Below, in pieces: positions 28,376-40,454 of a stretch of 64,000 bases of DNA. This stretch comes from Laetmonice hystrix (Eukaryota). The stretch spans positions 50,904,001 through 50,968,000 of the forward strand of contig OZ249436.1 in the NCBI GenBank assembly GCA_965235115.1. The letters run 5' to 3'. The position numbers were made by a program, and so were the translations under genes. Within the stretch, counting starts at the first letter, position 1, and every line of letters begins with the position of its first letter. The notes beneath the pieces are model-generated. The model did not search any database, was not told the DNA's origin, and saw only the letters and a program-made list of their open reading frames with translations.

Positions 28376-29536
28376 ATATTTTTTGGTGTTTTTCCCCATA
28401 AATATGACCATTGCTTCATGTCCACTTATGATAGGATTTAACTAATCTGGGGAAAAGTAACTTTTAAGTTTCACTACCCTTTGGTACAGAGTTGTATATA
28501 GAGCTTATGAGCTCATAGACTGTGTATATTTTCTATGTCTCTGTGACAGTAAAGTTTATTAGACATTGACATTGAATGTAACAACCTATTAATGTTGGTA
28601 TCTTAATATCAACAGAGACGGTATGTGCGACTGGTGCAAAGCGAACTCCAGATGAGTGTGAGACCCGTCTGAAAACTTACACTAGTGCTACCAAATATTA
28701 CAAAAGAACAATCAGTTATACATTTTTATTATAATGATTATTTATATCTATTTTACAGAACCACAACGAAGGCTGAGAGGATTACTGTTTGCACTAGGCT
28801 ACATAATTTTCCCAGTAAAAAATCGGATATAATTATAATTAATTGTGATTTTCTTATCATCTACAACATACCCTCTCACGGTGTGATAGACCCTTGCCAT
28901 TTCGTTTCTCTTTGGTAGCAAACTCTGAATTTCCGAATTCCTGTGCCAAATCCTCAACGATGGCCTTTGGTAATCGATATTAACAGCAAAAACCATCCTC
29001 AGTGTAAATATTAAAGGGATCTGGACGTTCCTTTGGATATCTTGACGTCATGCCTGTCCGTGCGGTTACAGGTATCGTAAAAGTTACGCCCAGGTCTGAG
29101 GTCGTCTTAAATATTTACGAATATCGTAAAACTTTCATAAATATTACGACAACATTATTTACGATTTTTTGTTCTGAAACACTTTCGACAGAATTCGTAA
29201 ATTTAAGATACGATTTTCATTAAGATTTTCTTCTGCAACGCGGGCATGACCTGTTCGACTTCAGTCTCGGACATCCTCTCGTTTACCAGCTAGAACTATG
29301 CGCAAGTAAAGGGCAGGCCCAGGTCCAGGAATTTGAAAGGGGGGAATCTGCGGGGGGGGGGGGGGTGGTTAATTCAGAAAGCTCCCTTGTGAAGAGAAAA
29401 AAGAGAGACAAATTGAAAAAAGAGGGTCCTGGACCCACCCCCTTGACCCCCATTCCACCCCCATCGGCCACTCGAGAGTCCTATTAAAAGCGCTAAAAGG
29501 AAAACAGTAAAAATCAGAAAACGATCTCAGGCCTAC

Positions 29537-29603
29537 CTTCATGACAATACCCCAGAATGATGAGCAGTAGGGCCAGAAATACCAGATCGGGGCCAGCTTG
29601 CAT
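29537..29603 (-). CDS. Ly6/uPAR three-finger protein, first coding exon (signal peptide)
   Basis: aaaATG, encodes MQAGPDLVFLALLLIILGYCHE(G) and ends GAAG|gtaggc in phase 1, matching the 13869 acceptor. Total CDS 67+129+236 = 432 nt = 143 aa + stop. Confidence 0.8.
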
Positions 29604-30754
29604 TTTAAGGCTACAGTCTTGGCAGTAACTCCATTGGCGTTCGGCGTGCAGGTGGTCACAGCGGACTCCAACTGGTCACTCACTTCAGAGGTCGAAGTAT
29701 CGGACCGCTTCGGAAGGCGGCGTACTCTGGATTAAGGTGCTGTTAGAAAAAAATGGAAACCGATTAGGCCGATCACCGATCGCCAGAAACCGTGTTGAAC
29801 AGTTAATGCTTCCCTCAATCGTGTCTAACGCCAGGAGCTGCCGGGAAGAGTGGCACTACGCAGGCCGGCCACTTCTGAGACACCACAGCTGTCATCATAG
29901 GAAGTCTACGGATGAAGTATTTATTCCTCTCTCCCGCGCCGGCTGCTCCAACTCACACGCTCCGCCGGCGTCGGTCCGCAGACGTGTGTCAGGTTGTGAA
30001 GTTTGCCGCTAGGTGACGCCGTGGTCGCTGTCCGGCCACTGCTTGTATAGGGGTTCCAGAGCCGAATTTCTGGTTGTACAGTGGCCGGTGTGGTATTTTA
30101 AAACTTCTTTTATTTTTATGTAAACCACAATTTTACAAGCGTAAAATTCTTCCTCTGGCGTGAAAAAAGATAGAAAATAATAATGAATAAGTAAAGAGGC
30201 CTATAAATATACTAACAAGAACAGAATACTAGGCCTATAATCTTGTTGTTGTTGTTCTTCTTCTTCTTAAAAAAGGGGGAAAAGAAGCTGTCTGTCCACC
30301 ACGACAACTCCGCCACTCCATCACGCCAGTTATTACTCCAAAAAGAAAAGATGATGTTCAATACCAGTATTATGTACCTGCTTACGCGGTGCTGTACTTT
30401 TTGTTGCAGATATAGGCCAAGGCTTACACCATCAAAAAGGCATTGAACTTGATAAATATAGTCACCTACTGTTGGACAGATTTGCCACAGTTTTATTGGT
30501 ACATTGAGTCACAAATTTACTCTTTCTCCTATCAATACCACTGAGCCTGTTATATTATGGCCCTGGGGGTCTATTTTGCCCCCTTACCTTGGCGGTAGCA
30601 GCGGAGACGAGATCCTGTGCTGCCACCTATCGCGCGAATGGACAAAATGAAGACCCACCTAGTGGTGGACGGAGGAAGTAATGTGAAGGCTTCCCCAGGT
30701 TGAGGGAGGAAGTAATGTGAAGCCTTCCCCAGGTTGAGGGAGGAAGGCGAACCC

Positions 30755-30845
30755 TAGGCCTACTGTTATCGATAGATGCCAAGGGATCTTTAACGTGCCC
30801 CTCCACATAGACGTATCGTGACACGGCCGGCCTTTGATAAAGCAG
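30755..30845 (-). mobile_element. SINE remnant (Nin-domain-like)
   Basis: Minus strand reads GGGGCACGTTAAAGATCCCTTGG, resembling the GCACGTTAAAGAWCCC motif recalled for Nin-domain SINEs. Confidence 0.4.
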
Positions 30846-30860
30846 TCGGCAGCACTGCTA

Positions 30861-31168
30861 ACAGTCCCCTCCGGTGACGTCAAACATGTAATAGGCCTAC
30901 AGTCCCCTCCGGTGACGTCAAACATGTAATAGGCCTACAGTCCCCTCCGGTGACGTCAAACATGTAATAGGCCTACAGTCCCCTCCGGTGACGTCAAACA
31001 TGTAATAGGCCTACAGTCCCCTCCGGTGACGTCAAACATGTAATAGGCCTACAGTCCCCTCCGGTGACGTCAAACATGTAATAGGCCTACAGTCCCCTCC
31101 GGTGACGTCAAACATGTAATAGGCCTACAGTCCCCTCCGGTGACGTCAAACATGTAATAGGCCTACAG
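30861..31168. repeat. 38-bp tandem repeat, 8 copies, each with a perfect TGACGTCA (CRE)
   Basis: Unit ACAGTCCCCTCCGGTGACGTCAAACATGTAATAGGCCT, period 38 from 30861. Confidence 0.95.
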
Positions 31169-32137
31169 AACCGACCAATCACGTTTCAGTATTCTGCAGA
31201 ACCGAATAATAAGAAGGCTTCCCCAGGCTGACGGACGAAGTAATATGAAGGCTTCCCCATGTGACCATGGATTTATTCCCAACTGCGGGTGGGGGCGACA
31301 GACCAAACAGACAAAGAAAGAAACAAACGTGAAACATAAATATGATTATTGAGACCTCACTACAATGGTATGTAATTTTGAAATAGTTAAAATATAAATA
31401 AAAGTGTATATTATCGATGTGAATATCGTGCATGGGTTAGGTGGGGAGGGGGGGGGGTCGTTGTCATTTTATAGATCGTTGGGGGTTAGGGGGAGAGTGT
31501 AAAGTACAACAGAATTGAAAAAAGAGAGGAAAAAAGAGAAAAAGATCACGTGAAATTATTGCAGCAGTCACTATTTTGAAACAATGCTGTGGAACGTTAA
31601 ACGTGATAGAATCAAGCAATGGAAACGCACTCACTGAACTGTCTTTATTTCATTTCAACTTTCAAGAGTTTAACATGGTGGCCTAAGTGAGGCACAGAGA
31701 GAACAATAGGTGAAAAGGCCTAATAGTCCAATAAATAATTGGACGTGCAACAGTTGGACGCGAAAATAAGACATACAGCCCCCTTTAAAGAGTTTCAGTT
31801 ATTTAGGATTGGATTTCAGAATAAATGGCACTAACTATGAGCAAGAGCCAATATATGATTTAATATAATATACTCTAAATATAATGCTTTAAAAATGGTC
31901 TTACCGGCATATTGTTACACTCTTAATGATGTCCCGACAGCCAGCCTAACCACAAAACGCGTAAGCCTAAGCGACTGAATGCCATTAGCAAATCCTGCAA
32001 GAAAATTCCCACAAGGCTCTGGGTCTCTCAAAGGTTGATCGACTCCAGCTAGAAGATAATTGAAATTTAAAACGGTTTAATGATGGATGAAATTATTTGA
32101 TATATAAACTTTTAACAAGCCCATTCTGCATGTGAGC

Positions 32138-32612
32138 GATTTACTTTTGTTAAATATGAAGTTTGTTAGTCAGGAATATTGATGATTTACTTTTGTTAAA
32201 TATGAAGTTTGTTAGTCAGGAATATTGATGATTTACTTTTGTTAAATATGAACTATTTGTTAGTCAGGAATATTGATGATTTACTTTTGTTAAATATGAA
32301 CTATTTGTTAGTCAGGAATATTGATGATTTACTTTTGTTAAATATGAACTATTTGTTAGTTAGGAATATTGATGATTTACTTTTGTTAAATATGAAGTTG
32401 TTAGTCAGGAATATTGATGATTTATTTTTGTTAAATATGAACTATTTGTTAGTCAGGAATATTGATGATTTACTTTTGTTAAATATGAAGTTTGTTAGTC
32501 AGGAATATTGATGATTTACTTTTGTTAAATATGAACTATTTGTTAGTCAGGAATATTGATGATTTACTTTTGTTAAATATGAACTATTTGTTAGTCAGGA
32601 ATATTGATGATG
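32138..32612. repeat. ~48-bp AT-rich minisatellite, ~10 copies
   Basis: Unit GATTTACTTTTGTTAAATATGAACTATTTGTTAGTCAGGAATATTGAT with 45-46-bp variants. Confidence 0.95.
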
Positions 32613-33430
32613 CATTTAATTAGAGTAACAGATCAACTTGGACTTATTCTAAATGTCTTGATATCTTATAGAGATACCTTTGCACTTCAGTCTTTTTCTC
32701 GTGTATTTCATTCATCGCACTGACATAAACTAGGCCTACAGGTCAATGGTTTACGTGACTGCATTGATTCCAATGATTAGTCCGAATCAAGGCGTCCAAA
32801 GATACAGGTTTCAATGGCTTGCACCAGTGCGATTATAGTAGAGCGAGCTTATTGTGTGATGCAGCGGGAGAATAATGACATGAACTGAACAACCGGTTTT
32901 TATTTTCCAGAAAATGTACCCGGTGTCCCATGGACCTTGATATACATGACGTCTCTATAGAACCTGATTACTTCAACGGTAACAATAATTAGAGCGTGTC
33001 CAAACGTCTAACACAGACTTACGCTGTAATTTAAAAGCATATTCCTTGAGCTGCAACTAAAATAATAAAAAATCTTAACCCTTGCCACATTGGTCTAGAT
33101 ATGCGCCAATATGCGTCAAATTCCTTCGTTGTTTATGGTCGGGACGCATACCACATAATATGACATGGTATTGTCCCTACGTTTATTTACATTACATGTT
33201 ATCTTCATCGCCCCTTTTACTAGCACGAGGGTATAATACGTTTGGTATATAATCATACAAAAATATACAGTTTATTAGGCCTAAATTCAACAATAGTATC
33301 ACACTGGATTTTTTAAACCGCTGTAGGCCTATTATGCCGTTGGAGTTGGGTGAGGATTTGGATGTTCATAAGAAATCCAAGGGTAAGTCATGCTGACCAT
33401 TTAACCCTCTGAAGTATGCACGATACTCTG

Positions 33431-34852
33431 TCATCCAATATCGGTGTTGTCAAGGCGACGCCCAAAGTCCCTGTCAAAGAGCGAGTCCCAAGGCGCGCTG
33501 TAATCGTCCCACTGAGTGGCGCTGTAGTCGTCCCTGCTGGGCGTGCTCACGAAAACGTTATCGTTGAGAATGTCAGAGGAGGTCTCCGACTGCGTCTCCG
33601 TGAATTGATCATCGGAGGAGACGGGCAGTCTGTCGACATTGACAACGGTGTAGGCAGCCCAGCGGCTGACCCGCTCCCGATCAAAGGTCGAGCCGTAACC
33701 CGGGTAAGGCCCCAGATCTAGTGTCCGATGAGCATCATCATAACGGTCTAATCCATCGTCGAAAACAAGCTCCAGCTTCAGGTCAAGTTCGCGTTCGTAA
33801 ACACCGCAGTAATCAGAGTCTGGGCTTGGCGAACAGGGCGAGCAGTGGGCGTGCTGGAGGTTCAACATGTTACCACGATCATCAACAATTGTGCCTTTTG
33901 TGTAATGCAGTCTCTGCTCAGTCTTACAAAAATTATGTTCCTTATGGTAGTCGTCAGAGAATATGTGTCTATCGTCAACGCATAAAGAGTTTCTCTTTGT
34001 TCGATTGGGTTTCGAGTTATGTGAATGTCTGTGTTTATCGCGTACGCTGTTATTACCATTGCCACTAATATTGCTGTTTCCGATTCCACTGCTGTCACTT
34101 GTACGATGTGACTGGGCCTGGCTACCTTTGGATGTCCGGGGAGATCGAGAGCTGTGACTATCAGAAGGCGTTCGGCTGTTTGCCGTAGGAACATTCCCAG
34201 ATAAAGCCACATCATTGTTTCTCCGGTTTGCCATGCCATTTGCCGTATTTATCATGATATCCTTTTTATGGCACATACTGCCTGGCGTGCAGACTATGAT
34301 ATCATCCTTCATGTTTGAACGAAATAACGTAACGTCCGCCTTCCCGCTTCCTTCCATACTGTGCTCCTGGCAGATACTCGACTCTGCTCGTCTCCGAATC
34401 ACGGTGCTATTAGAATTGGAATGCCGGGGGGAATCCGATGATTTTGTGACGAAGTCTGCAGGGACTTGGAAAGAAAAGTCCTTGCATGGCCTCAGGATAT
34501 CGAAGGGTTGCGACACCGAATGCGGGACCAGGGAATCTCTGTCCTTGCTCGGCGCTGCCATTTCAAAGAGAGACGCCGATCGTCTCCGACACTCGAGGCT
34601 GCGCGTCGTCTCAGCGCCGTATTCCTCATCGATCTTACTGGTCACGACGTCGATTTGATTAACCAAAACCCGCAGGTCCCCCACCACCGTTTTTAACTCC
34701 CCTAAAACATTCTCCAAATCGCCGACGACAGCTTTCACCTGTTCCTTGACAACGGTTTGGCCGGCTGTGCTCTCACTTCCGGTGTCGGCCTTTGCAGCTT
34801 CCGCTGCTGAGTCACGTGACTCGGAAGCCCCGCCATCTTGGGTGGTCTCCAT
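33431..34852 (-). CDS. PRR16 (Largen)/INSYN1-family (DUF4589-like) protein, 473 aa, single coding exon
   Basis: Only long non-repetitive ORF in the window. VKEQVKAVVGDLENVLGELKTVVGDLRVLVNQIDVVTS closely resembles the recalled human PRR16 segment VKEQIKIIVEDLELVLGDLKDVAKELKEVVDQIDTLTS. RERV near the C-terminus echoes the family RERVRF motif. Confidence 0.8.
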   Translation of the reverse strand: METTQDGGASESRDSAAEAAKADTGSESTAGQTVVKEQVKAVVGDLENVLGELKTVVGDLRVLVNQIDVVTSKIDEEYGAETTRSLECRRRSASLFEMAAPSKDRDSLVPHSVSQPFDILRPCKDFSFQVPADFVTKSSDSPRHSNSNSTVIRRRAESSICQEHSMEGSGKADVTLFRSNMKDDIIVCTPGSMCHKKDIMINTANGMANRRNNDVALSGNVPTANSRTPSDSHSSRSPRTSKGSQAQSHRTSDSSGIGNSNISGNGNNSVRDKHRHSHNSKPNRTKRNSLCVDDRHIFSDDYHKEHNFCKTEQRLHYTKGTIVDDRGNMLNLQHAHCSPCSPSPDSDYCGVYERELDLKLELVFDDGLDRYDDAHRTLDLGPYPGYGSTFDRERVSRWAAYTVVNVDRLPVSSDDQFTETQSETSSDILNDNVFVSTPSRDDYSATQWDDYSAPWDSLFDRDFGRRLDNTDIG

Positions 34853-36746
34853 TTATTTACTTCTATAATGTTTCTTCCAACTAGCGACAATACCACAGAA
34901 CCTTAGCCGTTCTCCTAAGTGGCTGCCAATATTATGCATACAATTGCTTCGTCTTCATGCATAATGGTATGGCTTAACGGCAAATCGATTCCTTTTACCG
35001 GTAACAGATAGCCTACCACGTGCATAGTGAGTGGGGGGTATTCGGTGTTAATATAGTCGCCTGTCGTCCAGTCAAGTGCTTCCAGTAACAGTACAGTAAC
35101 GAGTGGTGACTTTACATCCCCTCAGTGTAGGAGCCTCAATTCTACACACTAACCGTTGACTACTGATGAGTGTGACCCCACTAACGGCCGCTGATGGTGT
35201 GAGGCTGGCCGGTAGATGGCGTGGCAGGCCCCCATGCGGCCCCACACTGAGAGGGGGACGTTATAATATAGCATTACGTTGTGCATGTATAGGGGCCTAT
35301 GACTTCAACAGGGAATAACTTTCAGACACAGCACTGTGTCTACATACACACCTATATGTTTGATAAATCACCGAGGTATAACGTAGCAGCCCGTTTCAGT
35401 CCAGTCGTTTTTTCTGAGCGTTCCTGGAGTGTCGTATGCAGCACCCTATCTTGCTCAGGTGTCCTCATTCGGGGCCGTACGTAACAAAAACCTTCCATCG
35501 ACAGAATGATCTCAGCGGCAAACAGCTGCACTTTTCTTCCTGGTTTGCGTTGTTTCTGGTTTCAGGAGGCAAACAATGATAACGTTCCATCGACCACAAT
35601 CGAATCCACCTCAAGGATATTCAGAGTCACGGACACCCGATTTCGGCGGAGTCTTCGTCTTCCTTCCTCTACCAAATCCACCAAATATACTGCCAACAGC
35701 CGGTGGTCCGACAACAACAGCGGTCAGCTTTAATTGGGTCAGGCTGACATAATTATCTTCGTTATGAACCTCGGTCTGCACCGCACTGCAACAGAAAATG
35801 GAGAGAGGACCATCATGATTGCGTTGTGGAATGAAGGTCACTGGTAATTTGAAAGTTGTCAGTGTATTGGTCATAAAAAAGATTGTTTTAGCAGAGGAAG
35901 GTCACCCGTACTGTGGTGTACTACTTTACTCCCCCACTCCCAACACACCACACACACGCCCTAGCACGACCCCGACAGTTTGCCCATCTAGCGCTCCGTA
36001 ATTTATTATCGATTATGTAACTTAACTTTAAAATGGGACGGCAACAACACATGAGGTATTGTAGGAGGGAGGAGAGGTTGAAAGGAAGTATGACGAAGAG
36101 AATAAATGGCTTGAAGAACGATGGGGTTTAAGGAGGGGTGTAACGGTTCATGCTATGCCTTAAATATCGTTGATATAACCAATTTTAATGACGAGCTCTC
36201 GATATAATTGCCTCAAAGTAAATGCGTACTAACTGCATACGGAAATAACAAGGGGCAGCGATGGATTACAGGGGCCTAATGAGAGGCGCTATTAGCGCAG
36301 CCTCCATGTGCCTACCACACTGCCTCTCGGCACACGGCGACAGAGCGGAGCTAATCCGGTGGAACATTTGCGAGGCTGGAGGCCATACAAGTCGGCTGGG
36401 GGAAAACACTTCAAACAACCTCCCGCAAGTTACCAACATGTACGGAAATGAAACTGTGGAATTGCATTTGCCAATTTGGATCGACGTCTGAAATGTTATT
36501 TGCACGTAATGTCAATGGATAATGTGTCACCGAACTGGACGCTATTCTGGACACAGTGCGCGCCTAGACTTCAGTGAAATTTATTAGTTGAGAAAATATC
36601 CGGGGGGGGCAATACTGGATGGCATGAGATTCCAGAAAATGAATCAGTGTTTCCAATGTGGTGAAAGTTTCCTATTTTTATATCATATCATTGACAATTG
36701 GTTGATCGGTAAATCGATTGATTGATTGGCTAATTCAGTGACTTAA

Positions 36747-37269
36747 AGGGGCATGCTATGAAACACGTTTTTGAGGATTTCCGGCAATTATCCAACATGA
36801 CCGTGTAGGCTACTAGGGATCCAAGTAAATAATCCTACCACAGCATTTTGTCCTCCGACGTGTTTTCGCTGCGTATGCAGCACAAGTAGGTTCTATACGA
36901 CCAAACCTATAGATTTCTCTCGATAGCACATCTCCCGCCATAATTTGGTAGACAACCTCCCATCAACCCGTGTAATTGCATACTGTGTCACATCCTGTGT
37001 GTGCACTCTCTGCATATGCTTAGTCACGTGCTTTGCTTAGTTGTAAACAATTCAGCAGTGGCACTCGATCGCCCGGCATCAGAATGCCACCCAAAAAATA
37101 TTTTACGAAATCGGCAGAGAAGCGGGCAAGGGACTTCGATTTCTCACGCAAAATGAAACTGATAAGTCTATCTTTGTTTACCAAGCAATTTTAATGAAGG
37201 ATCTCTTTATGAAAACAGCAAAAGTTCTATGAAATACCGATTTTTAACGTTTCCTCATAATATGCCCCT
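36747..37269. mobile_element. TTAA-flanked MITE (Kolobok-like), copy 2, inverted relative to 6503-6976
   Basis: TTAA|AGGGGCAT...ATGCCCCT|TTAA; retains a ~45-bp segment (~36840-36885) absent from copy 1. Confidence 0.85.
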
Positions 37270-40200
37270 TTAAAGATGATTAGATGGACCATGTTCCTGT
37301 TGACGTGTCCGAAAACATGACATAATATTATAATATCAAACAACATAATATACTGATAAAGTGTCGATGATATTATCACCATAATACAGACTGAATATCT
37401 ATAGAAGAAAGCTTCGGACCTCCTCTAAAACATTATCATTTCGTTCATCTGTTCATTTAATCCAGTGACATTATTCCTCTGTTTCTCCTGATATGGCATA
37501 AATTATTAAGCTTTTCTAATCACGGAGTCATCTGATTCAATAAGGAGAAAGTCCGGGATGATCGGAGGGCATTATTCCGCAAGACACCTTATAGGGCCAT
37601 ACTGGTTCCGGTTGGGAGTGTTGAGTCATGCCTTGCCTACGGCTGCTTATTCATCAACTAATCAAATACAATCGTTGTTATGCCTACGAGAGACGATTGA
37701 ATTTCATCAATTTTTTTTAAATCACCCGACTTCAACCGATAAAAGTCAGAAATAACAAGCCACAAGGTCTAAAGTTACTTCTTTTCCCCGAAACATTAAA
37801 CATTCGATACAACACCGCTCATTGACGGTTTGTTTTTCTTACACGCCTCACATCAGGGCATTCTAATGACTTGAGCCATACAATCATAAGATACAGAAAT
37901 AAGTATGCCAATCTCAATAATTATAGACCTGCTCGATATGAATGATTCCTATTGCCCTAGCTGACTTGTTTTGATGAATTGCAGTCTGCGAAATCTCAGT
38001 GGTTGCCCCTATTCAGATAAGTGGAATTCGAACCTATTGTGCGTGCACACGCATCCCTACTTGAGCCGTCGATATGAGCGTCGTCTATACTTTACATTGG
38101 TACCGATCCATACTGCCAATGTTCCAATACAAAGTCGAAAACGGTAAAACCGGACACAATTGCAAGGCAAATGTACCGGTTCTGCAGCACTACATCGGCC
38201 CTGGGAATCCCAATGTTTAGGGGTCAGTAGAAAGGTTAAACGGTTCGCACGGAGAATGGCCAGTCCGGTCAACTGTGAGTCAGACGTAGACAGTGCCCCC
38301 TGGCGGCCAGTCACGTGACGAGATGTCCTTGCCGTGTCGCCCAGGCTATTTTGCGAAGCCCGGTGGAGACCCTTGGGGCCGAATTCTAACTCCCTTACAA
38401 TTACCATCTATTGATCTTTGGGATGTGGTCAGTGAGGCTCGCTCGTCACACGACGATGACAATATTGGGAATGTCATTGGTTCCGATAAGTTCCATTTAG
38501 ATCGTGGCCCGAGGGAAGGCACGTTTGGGCGCTTGTTTCTTTGATTCGTTTTGCGGACATTGGCCACGGTATTGAAGTTCGAAGTATTGCGGTCCATTTA
38601 GAGGTCGCATTCCAATGACATTTGGTGGGAACGACTGTAGAAGCGACAAAAGCTGCTGACCAGTGCAGGCCCTCACTATATACTGTGGTCGGAGGAGAGA
38701 AAGCCTCTACTCTACACATTTGAATCATATCACCACCAGGACGTACGTGTTTATCATTCTAGGCACTGTTATAATAACGAATACGATTTAGTTCAGAACT
38801 TTTCTCTTCCTGGAGGATGCTATACACGACAACGGAACCTTTGCGCATACATTGAAATGTTAAGACACAGCCGTCGGTTTGTACGCAATGTTGTTTTGTT
38901 CTGTGTCCATGTAAGCAAGGAACGGTACAAAGCGAAGTCACTTCAGCTGTACCATTCATTGTCGGCCACCTGCTAAGATTCAGTCTGCATGACCCCTTGA
39001 CCGGACTACCCAACGATCTGCCTGCTGGGGTCTGCGAGTAGTATATGGAAATGTCTGTGTTGAAGCAGGCCTTGGCCCGGCAGGTGGCCAATTGACTTGG
39101 TGGGCAATGGGCAAGTCATCCCAATGTAATAACATCCGGAGTTTTGGCCAGCACTCCCAGTTTGTGACAAGAATAATGTGTTCAGTACATAGCAGAACAT
39201 GGACCAACTATTCACCGGCCCAACATGTAGCCTTACCTAAACAATAACCATCACATCAGCCTAAGTGTTCCCGTGGGAACCAAACCTAACTCATTCTGTG
39301 GTTTCAATTCCATTTAGATGCCTGCATTAAAACGAATCGACTTAAAGTTGCACCAGTTTCGGGCTCAGAGAAACAACCCCCATCTCCTTAGGGCAGAGCC
39401 AGAAGTCGACGGCTGGGGCAGTTGAGTGTAATTCAGAGAAATAAACGGCCATGACAAAGCCTATAACAGACGAAACAACCACATATTCAGTAACAATGGG
39501 CAACCATGGAGGCACATTGGCGGCCAGCAAAAGTAGGACTCTTCCTCGGAGCACTTCTCCCCAGACCAATTTGGGAATGCTCTCTCGTGCTGTAGAAACG
39601 ACATGCTAAATGGGTGACAGCTCGCTAAGATGGGTGGTTCGCCTTTCGTCCATTTAAAACAGAGGCAAATGTAAGCTGATGGCTTGAATGGGGTCTGACG
39701 TGGGGTAGCTTGAGTCCCATATAGGCTGAGGAAGGAGGGAGCATGGGAGGGGGGGGGGATTAATTATAGCCCATTTGGTGTTCACAGTCGGCATTCCGGT
39801 AGAGAGGAACGCCATCTGCAGTCAAAGGAGCGTTGTTCTCACGCACACGTCAACGCATTTCCGACAACACACCCTCGCGCTCTCAGGGTTATATACCCTT
39901 ACAACACACCCTCGCGCTCTCAGGGTTATATACCCTTTTTTGTTTGATTCAATTTACGTTGAGCATACATTACGGGTTCTTCTCAGAATCATCCTTATCT
40001 CAACGTTCGTTCATATCAATCATAAACTTGCCACCTGAAGTAAGTGTACCGACATTTAAGTCCTTTTTCTTCCTCATGTTTGACCCAAAGTGACCCCGTG
40101 TTTGTAAAGAGGAGGGAATTTCCTCGTATTTCAATATATAACTCATGCTTCAAACCATCTCACCAAGGCTAACAGATGTGTAAATAATTATTGTATTATC

Positions 40201-40304
40201 TTTCTGAAGATGTCCAAGAGATGGGCCTATAGCAATGGAACGTTATACCACCAATATCAGTAGGCCTGTGTGAATGTTCAAGTTTGAGATTGCCGTACAG
40301 GCTG

Positions 40305-40307
<3 letters not shown>

Positions 40308-40364
<57 letters not shown>
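40308..40364. repeat. (CAG)19 microsatellite
   Basis: 57 bp of perfect CAG. Confidence 0.95.
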
Positions 40365-40365
<1 letters not shown>

Positions 40366-40454
40366 TCGAGTCGGGGGGCGGAGTGGCTTCATTTCCGGGC
40401 CTGACAATATCCGTCCTGCAGGTTTTGTGGGCTTCACATAGACATCAACTTCCT

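Larger units (their letters stand above)
25090..29245. mobile_element. Possible TIR element expanded by nested insertions
   Basis: ATG|GCCCGCGTTGCAGAAG...CTTCTGCAACGCGGGC|ATG, with diverged inverted similarity over ~200 bp. Could instead be two independent partial copies. Confidence 0.5.

Noticed and set aside
33416..34696. Plus-strand and alternate-frame ORFs over the 473-aa gene
   Set aside because: Shadow ORFs of the real minus-strand CDS.
38050..39700. High-complexity stretch with many short ORFs
   Set aside because: No long frame or recognisable motif on either strand; treated as unique non-coding DNA pending BLASTX.
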